Shown: one piece after another, positions 7,831 through 15,680 of the stretch | How positions within the stretch are numbered: position 1 is the first letter of the stretch | Layout of the letters: the number at the start of each line of letters is the position of its first letter | Origin: Ruminococcus albus 7 = DSM 20455 | GTDB lineage: Bacteria > Bacillota > Clostridia > Oscillospirales > Ruminococcaceae | Assembly: GCF_000179635.2 (NCBI RefSeq) | Contig: NC_014833.1 | Coordinates: 1,500,001-1,532,000 of the forward strand | Reading direction: 5' to 3' | DNA: 32,000 bases | Made by a program: the position numbers and the translations under genes | The notes under the pieces: generated by a model | Database searches by the model: none | What the model was told of the DNA's origin: nothing | What the model saw: only the letters and a program-made list of their open reading frames with translations

Positions 7831-8595
7831 TCAGATATTCTTGTTATAAATAACGTTCAGACCTTTGAGCAGCAGGTCATCATCGAGGATGATATCTCTG
7901 CGGCAGAGGGGGACTACTGTTCCTGCCAGTCCGCCTGTGGCTATTACTGTGCATTTCTGTCCCAGTTCTTCCTCGATGCGCTCTATCATGCCGTCTATCG
8001 CACCTGCATTGGAGTACATGAGTCCGCTTTTAAGGCAGTCAACTGTATTGGTGCCTATAACGTGCTTTGGCTTTTCAAAGGCGAATTTCGGGAGCTGTGC
8101 GGTACGGGATATCAGTGCTTCGGAGGATACCGCCATACCTGTTACTATCATTCCGCCGAGGTAGCGCTTTTTCTCGTCGATGACGGAGAGGGTGGTGGCT
8201 GTGCCCATGTCTATTATTATCATGGGGGCAGGGTACTCATTGATACCTGCCACTGCATCCACAACTAAGTCACTGCCCAGCTGTGCGGGGTTATCTATGA
8301 CTATTGAAAGCCCTGTTTTCAGCCCGGGGCCAATGACCATGGATTTAACGCCTATCAGCTTGCGTACAGCCGCGGAAAAAGTCGCGGTTATGGTGGGTAC
8401 GACGGAAGATATAATAGCGCCGTCTATCTTATCGGGGTGGATATCGTGCATCTCCATGGCGGTCTTGATATTTGCGGCATATTCAAGGTCGGTAGCGAGC
8501 TGATTTGTGTATATCCTCTCGCGGAAAAGTATATTGTCATTCTCGATACAGCCGAGAACTATATTTGTATTGCCTACGTCTATTGCTAAAAGCAT
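7831..8595 (-). CDS. coaX: Type III pantothenate kinase
   Basis: N-terminus MLLAIDVGNTNIVLG and later IIIDMGTATT, with ASKHA-fold motifs typical of CoaX. GGAGG RBS. Confidence 0.9.
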   Translation of the reverse strand: MLLAIDVGNTNIVLGCIENDNILFRERIYTNQLATDLEYAANIKTAMEMHDIHPDKIDGAIISSVVPTITATFSAAVRKLIGVKSMVIGPGLKTGLSIVIDNPAQLGSDLVVDAVAGINEYPAPMIIIDMGTATTLSVIDEKKRYLGGMIVTGMAVSSEALISRTAQLPKFAFEKPKHVIGTNTVDCLKSGLMYSNAGAIDGMIERIEEELGQKCTVIATGGLAGTVVPLCRRDIILDDDLLLKGLNVIYNKNI

Positions 8596-8641
8596 TGGTA
8601 TGCCTCCTTGTTATCATTTATAAAGCGGTTCTGCCATAAAC

Positions 8642-8670
8642 ATTTTAGCACAAATGTAAAGATAAGTCAA
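8642..8670 (-). promoter_or_regulatory. SigA-type promoter (TTGACT-17-TAAAAT with TG extension) for coaX
   Basis: The minus strand reads TTGACTtatctttacatttgtgcTAAAAT. Confidence 0.5.
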
Positions 8671-8673
8671 CAT

Positions 8674-8700
8674 AAAAAAGGACGGCTCAGTGCCGTCCTT
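8674..8700 (-). terminator. Rho-independent terminator of the ECF S-component gene
   Basis: Stem ggacggc/gccgtcc followed by T6 on the minus strand. Confidence 0.8.
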
Positions 8701-8707
8701 TGATATA

Positions 8708-9334
8708 TCAGTGTGCTGATGCTTTTTTCTTGGGTGTGCTGATAAATCCTGCTTTTGAAAGTGCAAGCGCAACGGCTGAAGTAATAACTGTGCAGGATAT
8801 CCACTCGATAGCCACATTCAGTGTAACAACAGCTATTATGAACAGCACAAGGTTCTGATGACCCTCCATGCCCTTTACAGTTTCGGAATCACCGAACATC
8901 ATCAGCAGTGTGCTCATGAAGAATATGGTGTTCAGAAATGCAACGCTGAAACCTGTGATGCCGCCGGATATGGGCGCGGGTACCTTTATGGTCTTCAGAA
9001 CTTGGGCGATAGTACCTGCGAGAAGTCCTACAAGAATTCTGGGGACTACACAGAGTATCACAGTTCTGACAGCGCTTATACTAACGAGTGGTGCCAAAAA
9101 CGCACCAGGGGTTGTAAAAGCAGCGATAGCACTGGTTATGCCGAAAGAAAGTCCTGCCAGTGCACCGCCCTTGGGTCCCAGTGCGAAAGCTGCAATGCTT
9201 ACGGGGATAGTGACGAGTGCAATTTTAAGAGTAGCTGTTTGGATATAGCCTAAGGGGCTAAGACCCATAATGAATATGATAGCGGTCATGACACCCATGA
9301 GTACCAGATTATTAGTCTTGTTTGTTCTTTTCAT
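8708..9334 (-). CDS. ECF-transporter substrate-specific (S) component. A pantothenate-specific PanT is plausible because coaX is adjacent
   Basis: Six-TM profile with LGPKGGALAGLSFGITS, typical of ECF_trnsprt family proteins. GGAGG RBS. It has its own terminator, so it is not co-transcribed with coaX. Confidence 0.65.
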   Translation of the reverse strand: MKRTNKTNNLVLMGVMTAIIFIMGLSPLGYIQTATLKIALVTIPVSIAAFALGPKGGALAGLSFGITSAIAAFTTPGAFLAPLVSISAVRTVILCVVPRILVGLLAGTIAQVLKTIKVPAPISGGITGFSVAFLNTIFFMSTLLMMFGDSETVKGMEGHQNLVLFIIAVVTLNVAIEWISCTVITSAVALALSKAGFISTPKKKASAH

Positions 9335-9523
9335 ATTGATTTCCTCCTTGTTAATATCCCGCTATGTGGGGCGGGTACATTACAAACGGGTGAAGGCTCT
9401 TCCTTTCACCGATGATATTATAGCACATATCCCCCGAAAAAGCTACTGTTTTTAGTGCGATATTCTTTACGAATTTTGATGACGGGGCGGTTACAGCCTT
9501 GTGCATATTGTCGGTGGAGGTGG

Positions 9524-9552
9524 TTGAAATTTCAGGCAGGATGTGGTATTAT
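9524..9552 (+). promoter_or_regulatory. SigA-type promoter (TTGAAA-17-TATTAT) pointing into the repeat region and the GH43 gene
   Basis: TTGAAAtttcaggcaggatgtggTATTAT. The predicted start is a few nt before the first repeat unit at 9563. Confidence 0.5.
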
Positions 9553-9562
9553 ATGAGAAACG

Positions 9563-9927
9563 GTCACTGCTAAAGCCCCTTGACCGTAGTGAACAAAAAA
9601 TAAGCTTAGTAAATATGGCAAACAGTGACCCGCGGCGCGTTGGTGCGAGAGTGAACACAGCACAAACTGATGATTAGGGAGTTTTTAATTCAGACTAAAA
9701 GTAAGCAAACACCACAGCAAGGCAATAAGCACGCAGTCGACACTGTCACTGCTCAGTCGACGCTGTCACTGCTAAAGCCCCTTGACCGTAGTGAACAAAA
9801 AATAAGTTTAGTAAATCTGGCAAACAGCGACCCGCGGCGCGTTGGTGCGAGAGTGAACGCAGCACAAACTGATGATTCGGGAGTTTTTAATTCAGACTAA
9901 AAGTAAGCAAACACCACAGCAAGGCAA
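9563..9927. repeat. Tandem direct repeat: two 163-nt units with a 202-nt period, joined by a linker that carries a 21-nt sub-repeat
   Basis: Units 9563-9725 and 9765-9927 differ at 5 positions. The linker carries cagtcgacRctgtcactgct twice. A third copy of the 17-mer ccccttgaccgtagtga lies at 9939-9955. Confidence 0.9.
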
Positions 9928-10016
9928 GAGCCTGAGCACCCCTTGACCGTAGTGAGAGAGCGAGGAACGAGCGAACGAACGCAGGTCAAGCCCCTCAAGG
10001 GTGCGAAGGTCTTGCC
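9923..10016. repeat. Long imperfect hairpin / palindromic element
   Basis: GGCAAGA (9923-9929) pairs with TCTTGCC (10010-10016). GCACCCCTTGA (9936-9946) pairs with TCAAGGGTGC (9995-10004). An alternative pairing is CTTGACC/GGTCAAG. Confidence 0.6.
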
Positions 10017-10029
10017 GCGCAGAGGGGGT

Positions 10030-10050
10030 ATGGGGGACTTCGTCCCCCAT
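10030..10050 (+). repeat. Perfect 9-bp GC-rich hairpin immediately upstream of the GH43 RBS
   Basis: atgggggac-ttc-gtcccccat. Only two T residues follow, so it is not a classical terminator. Confidence 0.7.
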
Positions 10051-10069
10051 TTAGATAGGAGGAATAAAT

Positions 10070-11398
10070 ATGGCTAATCCGATACTGCCTTTATGGGAAT
10101 ATATTCCCGATGGAGAACCGAGAATTTTCGGGGACAGAGTGTATCTTTACGGGTCGCATGACAGGGCGGCTTGTGATAAGTTTTGCGACTACAAGCTGAA
10201 AGTGTGGTCGGCATCACTTGATGATCTTAACAAATGGGTGTGTCACGGTGACAGTTTCAGGACTAAGGACGGCGGTGAACGTCCTGCGGATACAGACTGG
10301 ACGAGGGACGAGTGCTATGCACCCGATGTTATCGAAAAGGACGGAAAGTACTATCTGTATTCGTATATATTCGGATCTAAGGGGGCTGTGGGAGTATCCG
10401 ACAAGCCCGAGGGACCTTTTAAGGCGCTGGGACAGTATATCTACGGTGAAGATGTTGAAGTCGGGGACGACGGCATATTCAACGATGCGGGTGTGCTTGT
10501 TGACGATGACGGTAAGGTTTATGTGTACTACGGCTTTGAGGGTTCCCACATGAACGAACTCGACCCTGCGGATATGAGGACTGTAATAAAGGGAAGCTAT
10601 ATGCACCCTGTTATGCCCGATACTCAGGATATACCCGAGGAGCGGAGATTTTATGAGGCAAGTTCACCGAGGAAGATAAATGGGCGGTACTATCTTATAT
10701 ATTCGCCCCGAATGGGCAGCAGGCTTGCTTATGCAATAAGCGATTCACCGAAGGGACCTTTTGAGTACAAGGGGTACATCATCGACAACGGCGTTGACTA
10801 TCCTGAGGGCAACAATCACGGTTCGGTGGCTTGCATAAAAGGTCAGTGGTATGTTTTCTATCACAGGATGACCAACAATACCATTATGTCCCGACGTGCC
10901 TGTGTGGAGAAGATAGAGATACTCGAAGACGGCACTATACCGCCTGTTGAGATGACTTCGCTGGGATTTGAGGAATCGCTTGATCCGTATAAAATAGTAC
11001 CTGCGGAGATAGCCTGCGTGCTTAAAGGCGGATGCTTCATCACGGAGAAGGATATATTCACGAGGGTGATAACGAACATCATGGACGGTGCTGTGTTCGG
11101 ATACAAGTATTTTGATTTTGGCGAGGACTACACGGGGGACAGTATGACTATTGCCATGAAGGTGCGCGGCATGGGAGTTAACTGCAGGGTGAAAGTACTT
11201 CTGGACAGTGAGGACGGCGAAGAGATAGGCGAACTGGCTGTCGGTACGGCGGACGGAGTATACAGGTGCAAGGTGAAGAATGTTACAGGAAGGCACGCAC
11301 TGTATTTCAAGGCATACCACGGTGTTGAGGGCTGGATCAAGCCGCAGTTCGACGGCAGGTGTATGTTTGAGGCAGAGAGTTTTTGCGTGATGAAGTAG
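10070..11398 (+). CDS. Glycoside hydrolase family 43 protein (beta-xylosidase/alpha-L-arabinofuranosidase type) with a C-terminal beta-sandwich domain
   Basis: N-terminus MANPILPLWEYIPDGEPRIFGDRVYLYGSHD is characteristic of cytoplasmic GH43 enzymes. Further five-bladed propeller motifs (YAPDV, GKYYLY, FYEASSPRKINGRYYLIYS). No signal peptide. Confidence 0.8.
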   Translation: MANPILPLWEYIPDGEPRIFGDRVYLYGSHDRAACDKFCDYKLKVWSASLDDLNKWVCHGDSFRTKDGGERPADTDWTRDECYAPDVIEKDGKYYLYSYIFGSKGAVGVSDKPEGPFKALGQYIYGEDVEVGDDGIFNDAGVLVDDDGKVYVYYGFEGSHMNELDPADMRTVIKGSYMHPVMPDTQDIPEERRFYEASSPRKINGRYYLIYSPRMGSRLAYAISDSPKGPFEYKGYIIDNGVDYPEGNNHGSVACIKGQWYVFYHRMTNNTIMSRRACVEKIEILEDGTIPPVEMTSLGFEESLDPYKIVPAEIACVLKGGCFITEKDIFTRVITNIMDGAVFGYKYFDFGEDYTGDSMTIAMKVRGMGVNCRVKVLLDSEDGEEIGELAVGTADGVYRCKVKNVTGRHALYFKAYHGVEGWIKPQFDGRCMFEAESFCVMK

Positions 11399-11482
11399 GG
11401 AGCGGATTTAATTCATAATTGTTGGCAGGAAGATAACGCAGCTGTACTGAGGATAAGAATGCCAAGGAGAGGAGCTTTTGGC

Positions 11483-11534
11483 GCAAGCCTTTCGCGAAAG
11501 GCTTGCGGGGAGCCACAGTCAGCTTAGCTGACTG
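11483..11534. repeat. Two adjacent perfect palindromes (REP-like element) downstream of GH43
   Basis: A 24-bp perfect palindrome gcaagcctttcgcgaaaggcttgc (11483-11506) and the hairpin cagtcagc-tta-gctgactg (11516-11534). Confidence 0.8.
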
Positions 11535-11629
11535 TTAGGGGCGGAGTCCCTCAATAACCGAAGCATAAAACCAAAATGCAAAGCGAACTACCCGCCCGCC
11601 AAAAGGTCGGCGCTGATATAGAAGTTTTT

Positions 11630-11678
11630 CGCTGTAGTATTTTTGATGTCAGGTCAGAAGTACTACGGCGTTTGTATT
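11630..11678 (+). terminator. Probable terminator of the GH43 transcript
   Basis: Long stem cgctgtagta.../...tactacggcg with G-U pairs, followed by tttgtatt. Confidence 0.55.
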
Positions 11679-11705
11679 GACAACACTTCGATGTTATGAT
11701 ATAAT
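11677..11705 (+). promoter_or_regulatory. Consensus SigA promoter (TTGACA-17-TATAAT) for the CPBP protease gene
   Basis: TTGACAacacttcgatgttatgaTATAAT. Confidence 0.55.
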
Positions 11706-11821
11706 TGCTACTACACAAATTGAGATGAATATTGGAACTTTATATTTCAGTTCTGCCGAGGGAGAAATGTTAAAGTTTTTAGCAATTTATCCCTGAAGAT
11801 ACAGCGAGAAAGGTAAAACAA

Positions 11822-12652
11822 GTGAAAAATTACAATAAACAGACCGTAGCGCAGATCAGGAAACCGATAGTTCAGGCAGCGATCATAATGCTGGTGTTCT
11901 ATGCGATAGAGATACCAATGGTGCATTTCAATGTATTTCCCGATGTAAACACGCTTTATATAGCAGACACTATAATAAGAGTAGCAGGCGGAACTGCCGG
12001 ACTGATACTTTTGAATGGGTATTCCAAACGCGGCGAGAGTAAATGTACGCTGAAGCAGCTATTCACAAATAGGATTTCAGGAAAGACATGGCTTATCATG
12101 ATCCCACAGATTATCTATATTTTGCTTCCTTTCCTGAATATATTTAATGCAACCGTTTTTACAACAAGATATATTGTAACGCTCAGCATATTGATCGTTC
12201 AGCAGTTTGCAACCGGGTTCTATGAAGAAAGCGTTCAGAGAGGACTCATGATGAACGGTCTTATCAAACTTAATATAAGCACAGTAAAAAGAAGGCTGTT
12301 CACTGTTTTGGTTACAGGTCTGTTCTTCGGTCTGGGACATGCTCCCAACATCGCTTTTGGCGACAATCCTCTGATCCAGGTTCCGTCTGCAATGTGTATT
12401 GGAATGTTTTGGGCGGCGGTATATTTGCTGTCAGATAATCTGCTTCTCGTAATGCTTCTGCACGCTTTCACCGACAGCACGTTCAGGATCGTCCACGGAT
12501 TGTTCGGTTATGCTCGCGAAGGCTTTCTTTATCAGGCAATTGAGTGTTCGAGAGATATCATAGAGTATGTGATACTGCCTGCTTTGGCGATCTGTATCTG
12601 CATATGGTTTGATAAGCTCAAGAATAATGCCCCTGAGGGCAGGTCAACTTAA
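11822..12652 (+). CDS. CPBP-family intramembrane glutamic endopeptidase (CAAX protease/Abi family)
   Basis: Motifs EExxxR (FYEESVQRG), FxxxH (FFGLGHAPN) and HxxxD (LLHAFTDS) in a multi-TM protein. GTG start taken from the track, so the true start is uncertain. Confidence 0.8.
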   Translation: MKNYNKQTVAQIRKPIVQAAIIMLVFYAIEIPMVHFNVFPDVNTLYIADTIIRVAGGTAGLILLNGYSKRGESKCTLKQLFTNRISGKTWLIMIPQIIYILLPFLNIFNATVFTTRYIVTLSILIVQQFATGFYEESVQRGLMMNGLIKLNISTVKRRLFTVLVTGLFFGLGHAPNIAFGDNPLIQVPSAMCIGMFWAAVYLLSDNLLLVMLLHAFTDSTFRIVHGLFGYAREGFLYQAIECSRDIIEYVILPALAICICIWFDKLKNNAPEGRST

Positions 12653-12750
12653 AATGATAAATCGGAAGATAATATACAAATCATGGTAATGAAGATCCGA
12701 ATTTGAGATCCACAAATTCAGATCTATATTAGCGCCGAAAAAATCACAAT

Positions 12751-12780
12751 GCCCCTTAGTGTTATGAAACACTAAGGGGC
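12751..12780. terminator. Perfect 13-bp stem hairpin between convergent genes
   Basis: gccccttagtgtt-atga-aacactaaggggc. On the minus strand a T-run starts 7 nt after the stem. Confidence 0.4.
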
Positions 12781-12841
12781 AAAACTTCTATATGGGTATC
12801 TTTTTAAATAAAGGCGCGGCAATAATTATACGGATGCAGAA

Positions 12842-12882
12842 AGAGCGTGGACATCAGATCTGTCCACGCTCTGAGTTTTTTT
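12842..12882 (+). terminator. Rho-independent terminator of the CPBP gene
   Basis: Stem agagcgtggaca/tgtccacgctct followed by gagttttttt. The T-tract abuts the stop codon of the convergent gene. Confidence 0.8.
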
Positions 12883-13354
12883 ATTTCAGGAAGATGTTAT
12901 ACACTATTATGGCATTGATGATGCCCATGAGACTGCCTGCAACTACCTGTGAATGGGTGTGTCCCACGAATTCCTTCAGTTTGACCTCGGGCATTTTTTC
13001 TGAGGTCAGCAGTTCGAGGGTCTTTTGTATCTCGTTGAGGACGGTGGTCTGTTTTCCTGTTTCAAGGCGGACACCGCTTGCATCGTGGCAGACTACTACT
13101 GCAACTATGCCTGCTATGGCGAATTCTACGGAATCAAAGCCTTCTACAAGACCTATGCAGGTGGCAAGTGAAGTGACTGTGGCGGAGTGTCCGCTGGGCA
13201 TACCGCCGTCACCGAAAAGGCGGGTGATATCAAATTTTTTATTGACGATGGCATGGATCATGGTCTTCAGCACCTGAGCCTCAGCCCATGATGCTATGGC
13301 GGTTATTACAAAAACGTTTGATAGTAAGTCGGTAAAGTATTTCATAAGTATCAT
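12881..13354 (-). CDS. Divergent PAP2 family protein (DUF212; acid phosphatase/vanadium-haloperoxidase related)
   Basis: Signature GDGGMPSGHSATVTSLA and HDASGVR. The second ATG at 13345 has better spacing from GAAGG and may be the true start. Confidence 0.85.
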   Translation of the reverse strand: MILMKYFTDLLSNVFVITAIASWAEAQVLKTMIHAIVNKKFDITRLFGDGGMPSGHSATVTSLATCIGLVEGFDSVEFAIAGIVAVVVCHDASGVRLETGKQTTVLNEIQKTLELLTSEKMPEVKLKEFVGHTHSQVVAGSLMGIINAIIVYNIFLK

Positions 13355-13503
13355 CCTTCAAAAAAATCTTTATTTAGTATACCATTTATCAGCTGATAAT
13401 TCAATTGGAGATTCCTATATTTCGATCAGAAAAGTTTGAAAAGTTTTTGTGTATATTTTTGAGGTATTATATCCCTGAAAAACATATCATAACAGTCGGC
13501 AGC

Positions 13504-13530
13504 CATATTTTTTTATATCCGGCATATAAT
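13504..13530 (+). promoter_or_regulatory. Candidate sporulation (SigE-like) promoter upstream of cwlD
   Basis: CATATT-13 nt-CATATAAT resembles the -35 ATATT / -10 CATACAnT pattern as I remember it. Judged by eye only. Confidence 0.3.
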
Positions 13531-13558
13531 CAAGTAAACAACATCGGGAGGTACTTAT

Positions 13559-14314
13559 ATGGACATATCAAGGAAAAAGAGGATAATTATCAGCTGCGGG
13601 GCATTTGCAGTAATATGCGGATCATTATGGGCAGGAGATATCCTTGGGGCTGCGGCACAGGAAAGAGTGACAGGGGCATCGGCAGATAGAGGTATGGAAC
13701 GTCCGCAGGTGGTGCTTGACCCGGGACACGGCGGTGCAGACGGTGGCTGTGTATCGGTGAATGGTGCGGCTGAAAAGGGGATAAACCTGGATATCGCGCT
13801 TACGGAACGGGATATGCTGGAGATAATGGGATATGAGGTGACTATGACCAGGGAGGATGACCGTTCGATATACGATGAGGGTACAGAAGGGCTTTCAAAG
13901 CAGAAGCAGTCGGATATGAAAAACAGGCTGGCACTTTTTGACAGCTGCGGCGGAATTGCTTTATCAATACATCAGAACCAGTTCACGGACAGCAGATACA
14001 GCGGAGCGCAGGTGTTCTATTCACGGAGAAACAGCGAGGGCGGCAGATTGGCAGAGGCGGTGCAGCGGCAGTTCGTTTCCCTTTTGCAGCCCGATAACGA
14101 AAGGGAGACAAAGGCGGTGGATGACGAGCTTTATCTGCTTGACAAAACTGAAACACCTGCGGTGATGGTGGAATGCGGATTTCTTTCAAACCCCGAAGAA
14201 GCGGCAAAGCTGGAGGATGCAGGATACCGTAAGAAGGTCGCTTTTGCCATAATGTCGGGGGTGATGGAGTACCGAAGCGGTATGGCGGCTGAAAGCACAG
14301 AGGCAGGGGGATAG
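13559..14314 (+). CDS. cwlD: Germination-specific N-acetylmuramoyl-L-alanine amidase (Amidase_3)
   Basis: LDPGHGGADGG, MTREDD, SKQKQSDMKNR, SIHQNQF...SGAQVFY and ECGFLSNPEEA align closely with B. subtilis CwlD as I recall it. N-terminal membrane anchor. Confidence 0.78.
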   Translation: MDISRKKRIIISCGAFAVICGSLWAGDILGAAAQERVTGASADRGMERPQVVLDPGHGGADGGCVSVNGAAEKGINLDIALTERDMLEIMGYEVTMTREDDRSIYDEGTEGLSKQKQSDMKNRLALFDSCGGIALSIHQNQFTDSRYSGAQVFYSRRNSEGGRLAEAVQRQFVSLLQPDNERETKAVDDELYLLDKTETPAVMVECGFLSNPEEAAKLEDAGYRKKVAFAIMSGVMEYRSGMAAESTEAGG

Positions 14315-14520
14315 TACACTGAGATATATGCTGTCCTGAAATGTCAGAAATTGTCGGAATATGCTTTACTTTTTTAGAAATCTATGGTATAATATTTTTA
14401 TATAGCTTTTGAGGTGTCTCTTTTGCATATCGATATAGCGACTATGACTGAGGTACATAGCCTCATATTTTAACAATGCCGTATAACTTTCATAAAGCGG
14501 CATATTAAGGCAGGTTATTT

Positions 14521-15618
14521 ATGTATATCAAAAGGATAGGCGCGGCTGCCTGCGGGTATATGCTGGCGTTTGTGCTGGCTGGATGCGGTACGGCTGTAAA
14601 TGTTGATACGGCACAGAGCAAAAATGATAAGGATATATCATCGGCGGCGGAGACCTCTGTGCAGATAATATCGGAGGCTGAGCCTGAGGTACTGACCCCT
14701 GTTGCGGTCGAGGATACTGAAAGCAAGCAGGAAGACAGTTCGTCCGAAGCACCAAAAAAGCCCAGGAAAGCTGAGGAATGCACCGTGGGCGGAGGCTACG
14801 GCTTTACGGTGAGCGATATAGATATGGTGTATTCAAACGATGAGCTGGAGAAGTGCTTTGACAGGCTGCAGGAGATATGCAACGAGTCATACTTCCCGCT
14901 ATCGTTTTCATACAAGAATATGGATACGGGTGCATATATAGGTTACAGGCAGTACGATCAGTACATGACCTGCAGCTGCGTTAAAGCGCCCTATGTGAAA
15001 TCACTGCTGGCTAAGGGCATAGACCTTAAAGAGAAGATACCGCTGAGCACCAAGTGGGAAGGTGACTATGAGGGCATCGTGAATGAGGAGTACGGCAAGG
15101 AATTCACGGCGAAGAAACTTATAGAGTACACAATTCTGGACAGTGATAATACAGCCTATCAGCTTTTATGCCTGAGATACGGCGCAGGGGATTTCAATAA
15201 TCATCAGTATGAGATAGGTTCAAACTATACTCTGGGGTACAATGCGGAGTGGATATTCACCTTCTGCAATACGGATGATATGATGAAGGATTATGAGGAC
15301 ATATACCGTTTTGCGAAGAAGGACAAGAACGGCAAGTGGCTCATAAAGCTTATGAAGAATGCAAAGCTGAACATACAGATAGGTGCGGCGCTGGGGGACA
15401 AGTACACGGTGGCGCAGAAGTACGGTTCGGACTATCAGGAGGAAGCTTTCAACGACTGTGCCATAGTTTATGCGGATTCCCCTTTTGTACTTTGCATAAT
15501 GACAAAGCAGTATCCCGAAACGGAGGAGAGCTGCAAGGTGTTCAAGGATCTGGCGGTGGTGTTTGATGATATCAATTCACTGATAGCGAAGGCACCTGAA
15601 AATGAAGAGAAGGAATGA
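14521..15618 (+). CDS. Lipoprotein with a class-A beta-lactamase-like serine hydrolase domain
   Basis: Lipobox FVLAGC. S-x-x-K (SCVK), S-D-N (DSDNTAY) and a K-[ST]-G-like KYG, in the order expected for the beta-lactamase enzyme family. Confidence 0.55.
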   Translation: MYIKRIGAAACGYMLAFVLAGCGTAVNVDTAQSKNDKDISSAAETSVQIISEAEPEVLTPVAVEDTESKQEDSSSEAPKKPRKAEECTVGGGYGFTVSDIDMVYSNDELEKCFDRLQEICNESYFPLSFSYKNMDTGAYIGYRQYDQYMTCSCVKAPYVKSLLAKGIDLKEKIPLSTKWEGDYEGIVNEEYGKEFTAKKLIEYTILDSDNTAYQLLCLRYGAGDFNNHQYEIGSNYTLGYNAEWIFTFCNTDDMMKDYEDIYRFAKKDKNGKWLIKLMKNAKLNIQIGAALGDKYTVAQKYGSDYQEEAFNDCAIVYADSPFVLCIMTKQYPETEESCKVFKDLAVVFDDINSLIAKAPENEEKE

Positions 15619-15680
15619 TGAAGGCAAGTAACTTCATCAGTTGAAATATATACCACGGACTGGTGGAATGGAGGATTTTT

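Noticed and set aside
9670-9900. 76-aa ORF within the tandem repeat
   Set aside because: It has no RBS. It runs across the repeat junction, so its sequence is just the repeat read in one frame, and it has no homolog-like features.
9563-9927. Possibility that the tandem repeat is a CRISPR array or a DGR template/variable repeat pair
   Set aside because: There are only two units with a 202-nt period and no spacer architecture or cas genes. No reverse transcriptase is in the window. Neither copy lies at the 3' end of a CDS, and only 3 of the 5 differences involve an adenine in one copy.
12792-13277. 161-aa plus-strand ORF
   Set aside because: It is antisense to the DUF212/PAP2-like gene, whose GGMPSGHSA signature is unambiguous.
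13405-13689. 94-aa plus-strand ORF overlapping the cwlD start
   Set aside because: It is in a different frame from cwlD, has no RBS and covers the promoter region.
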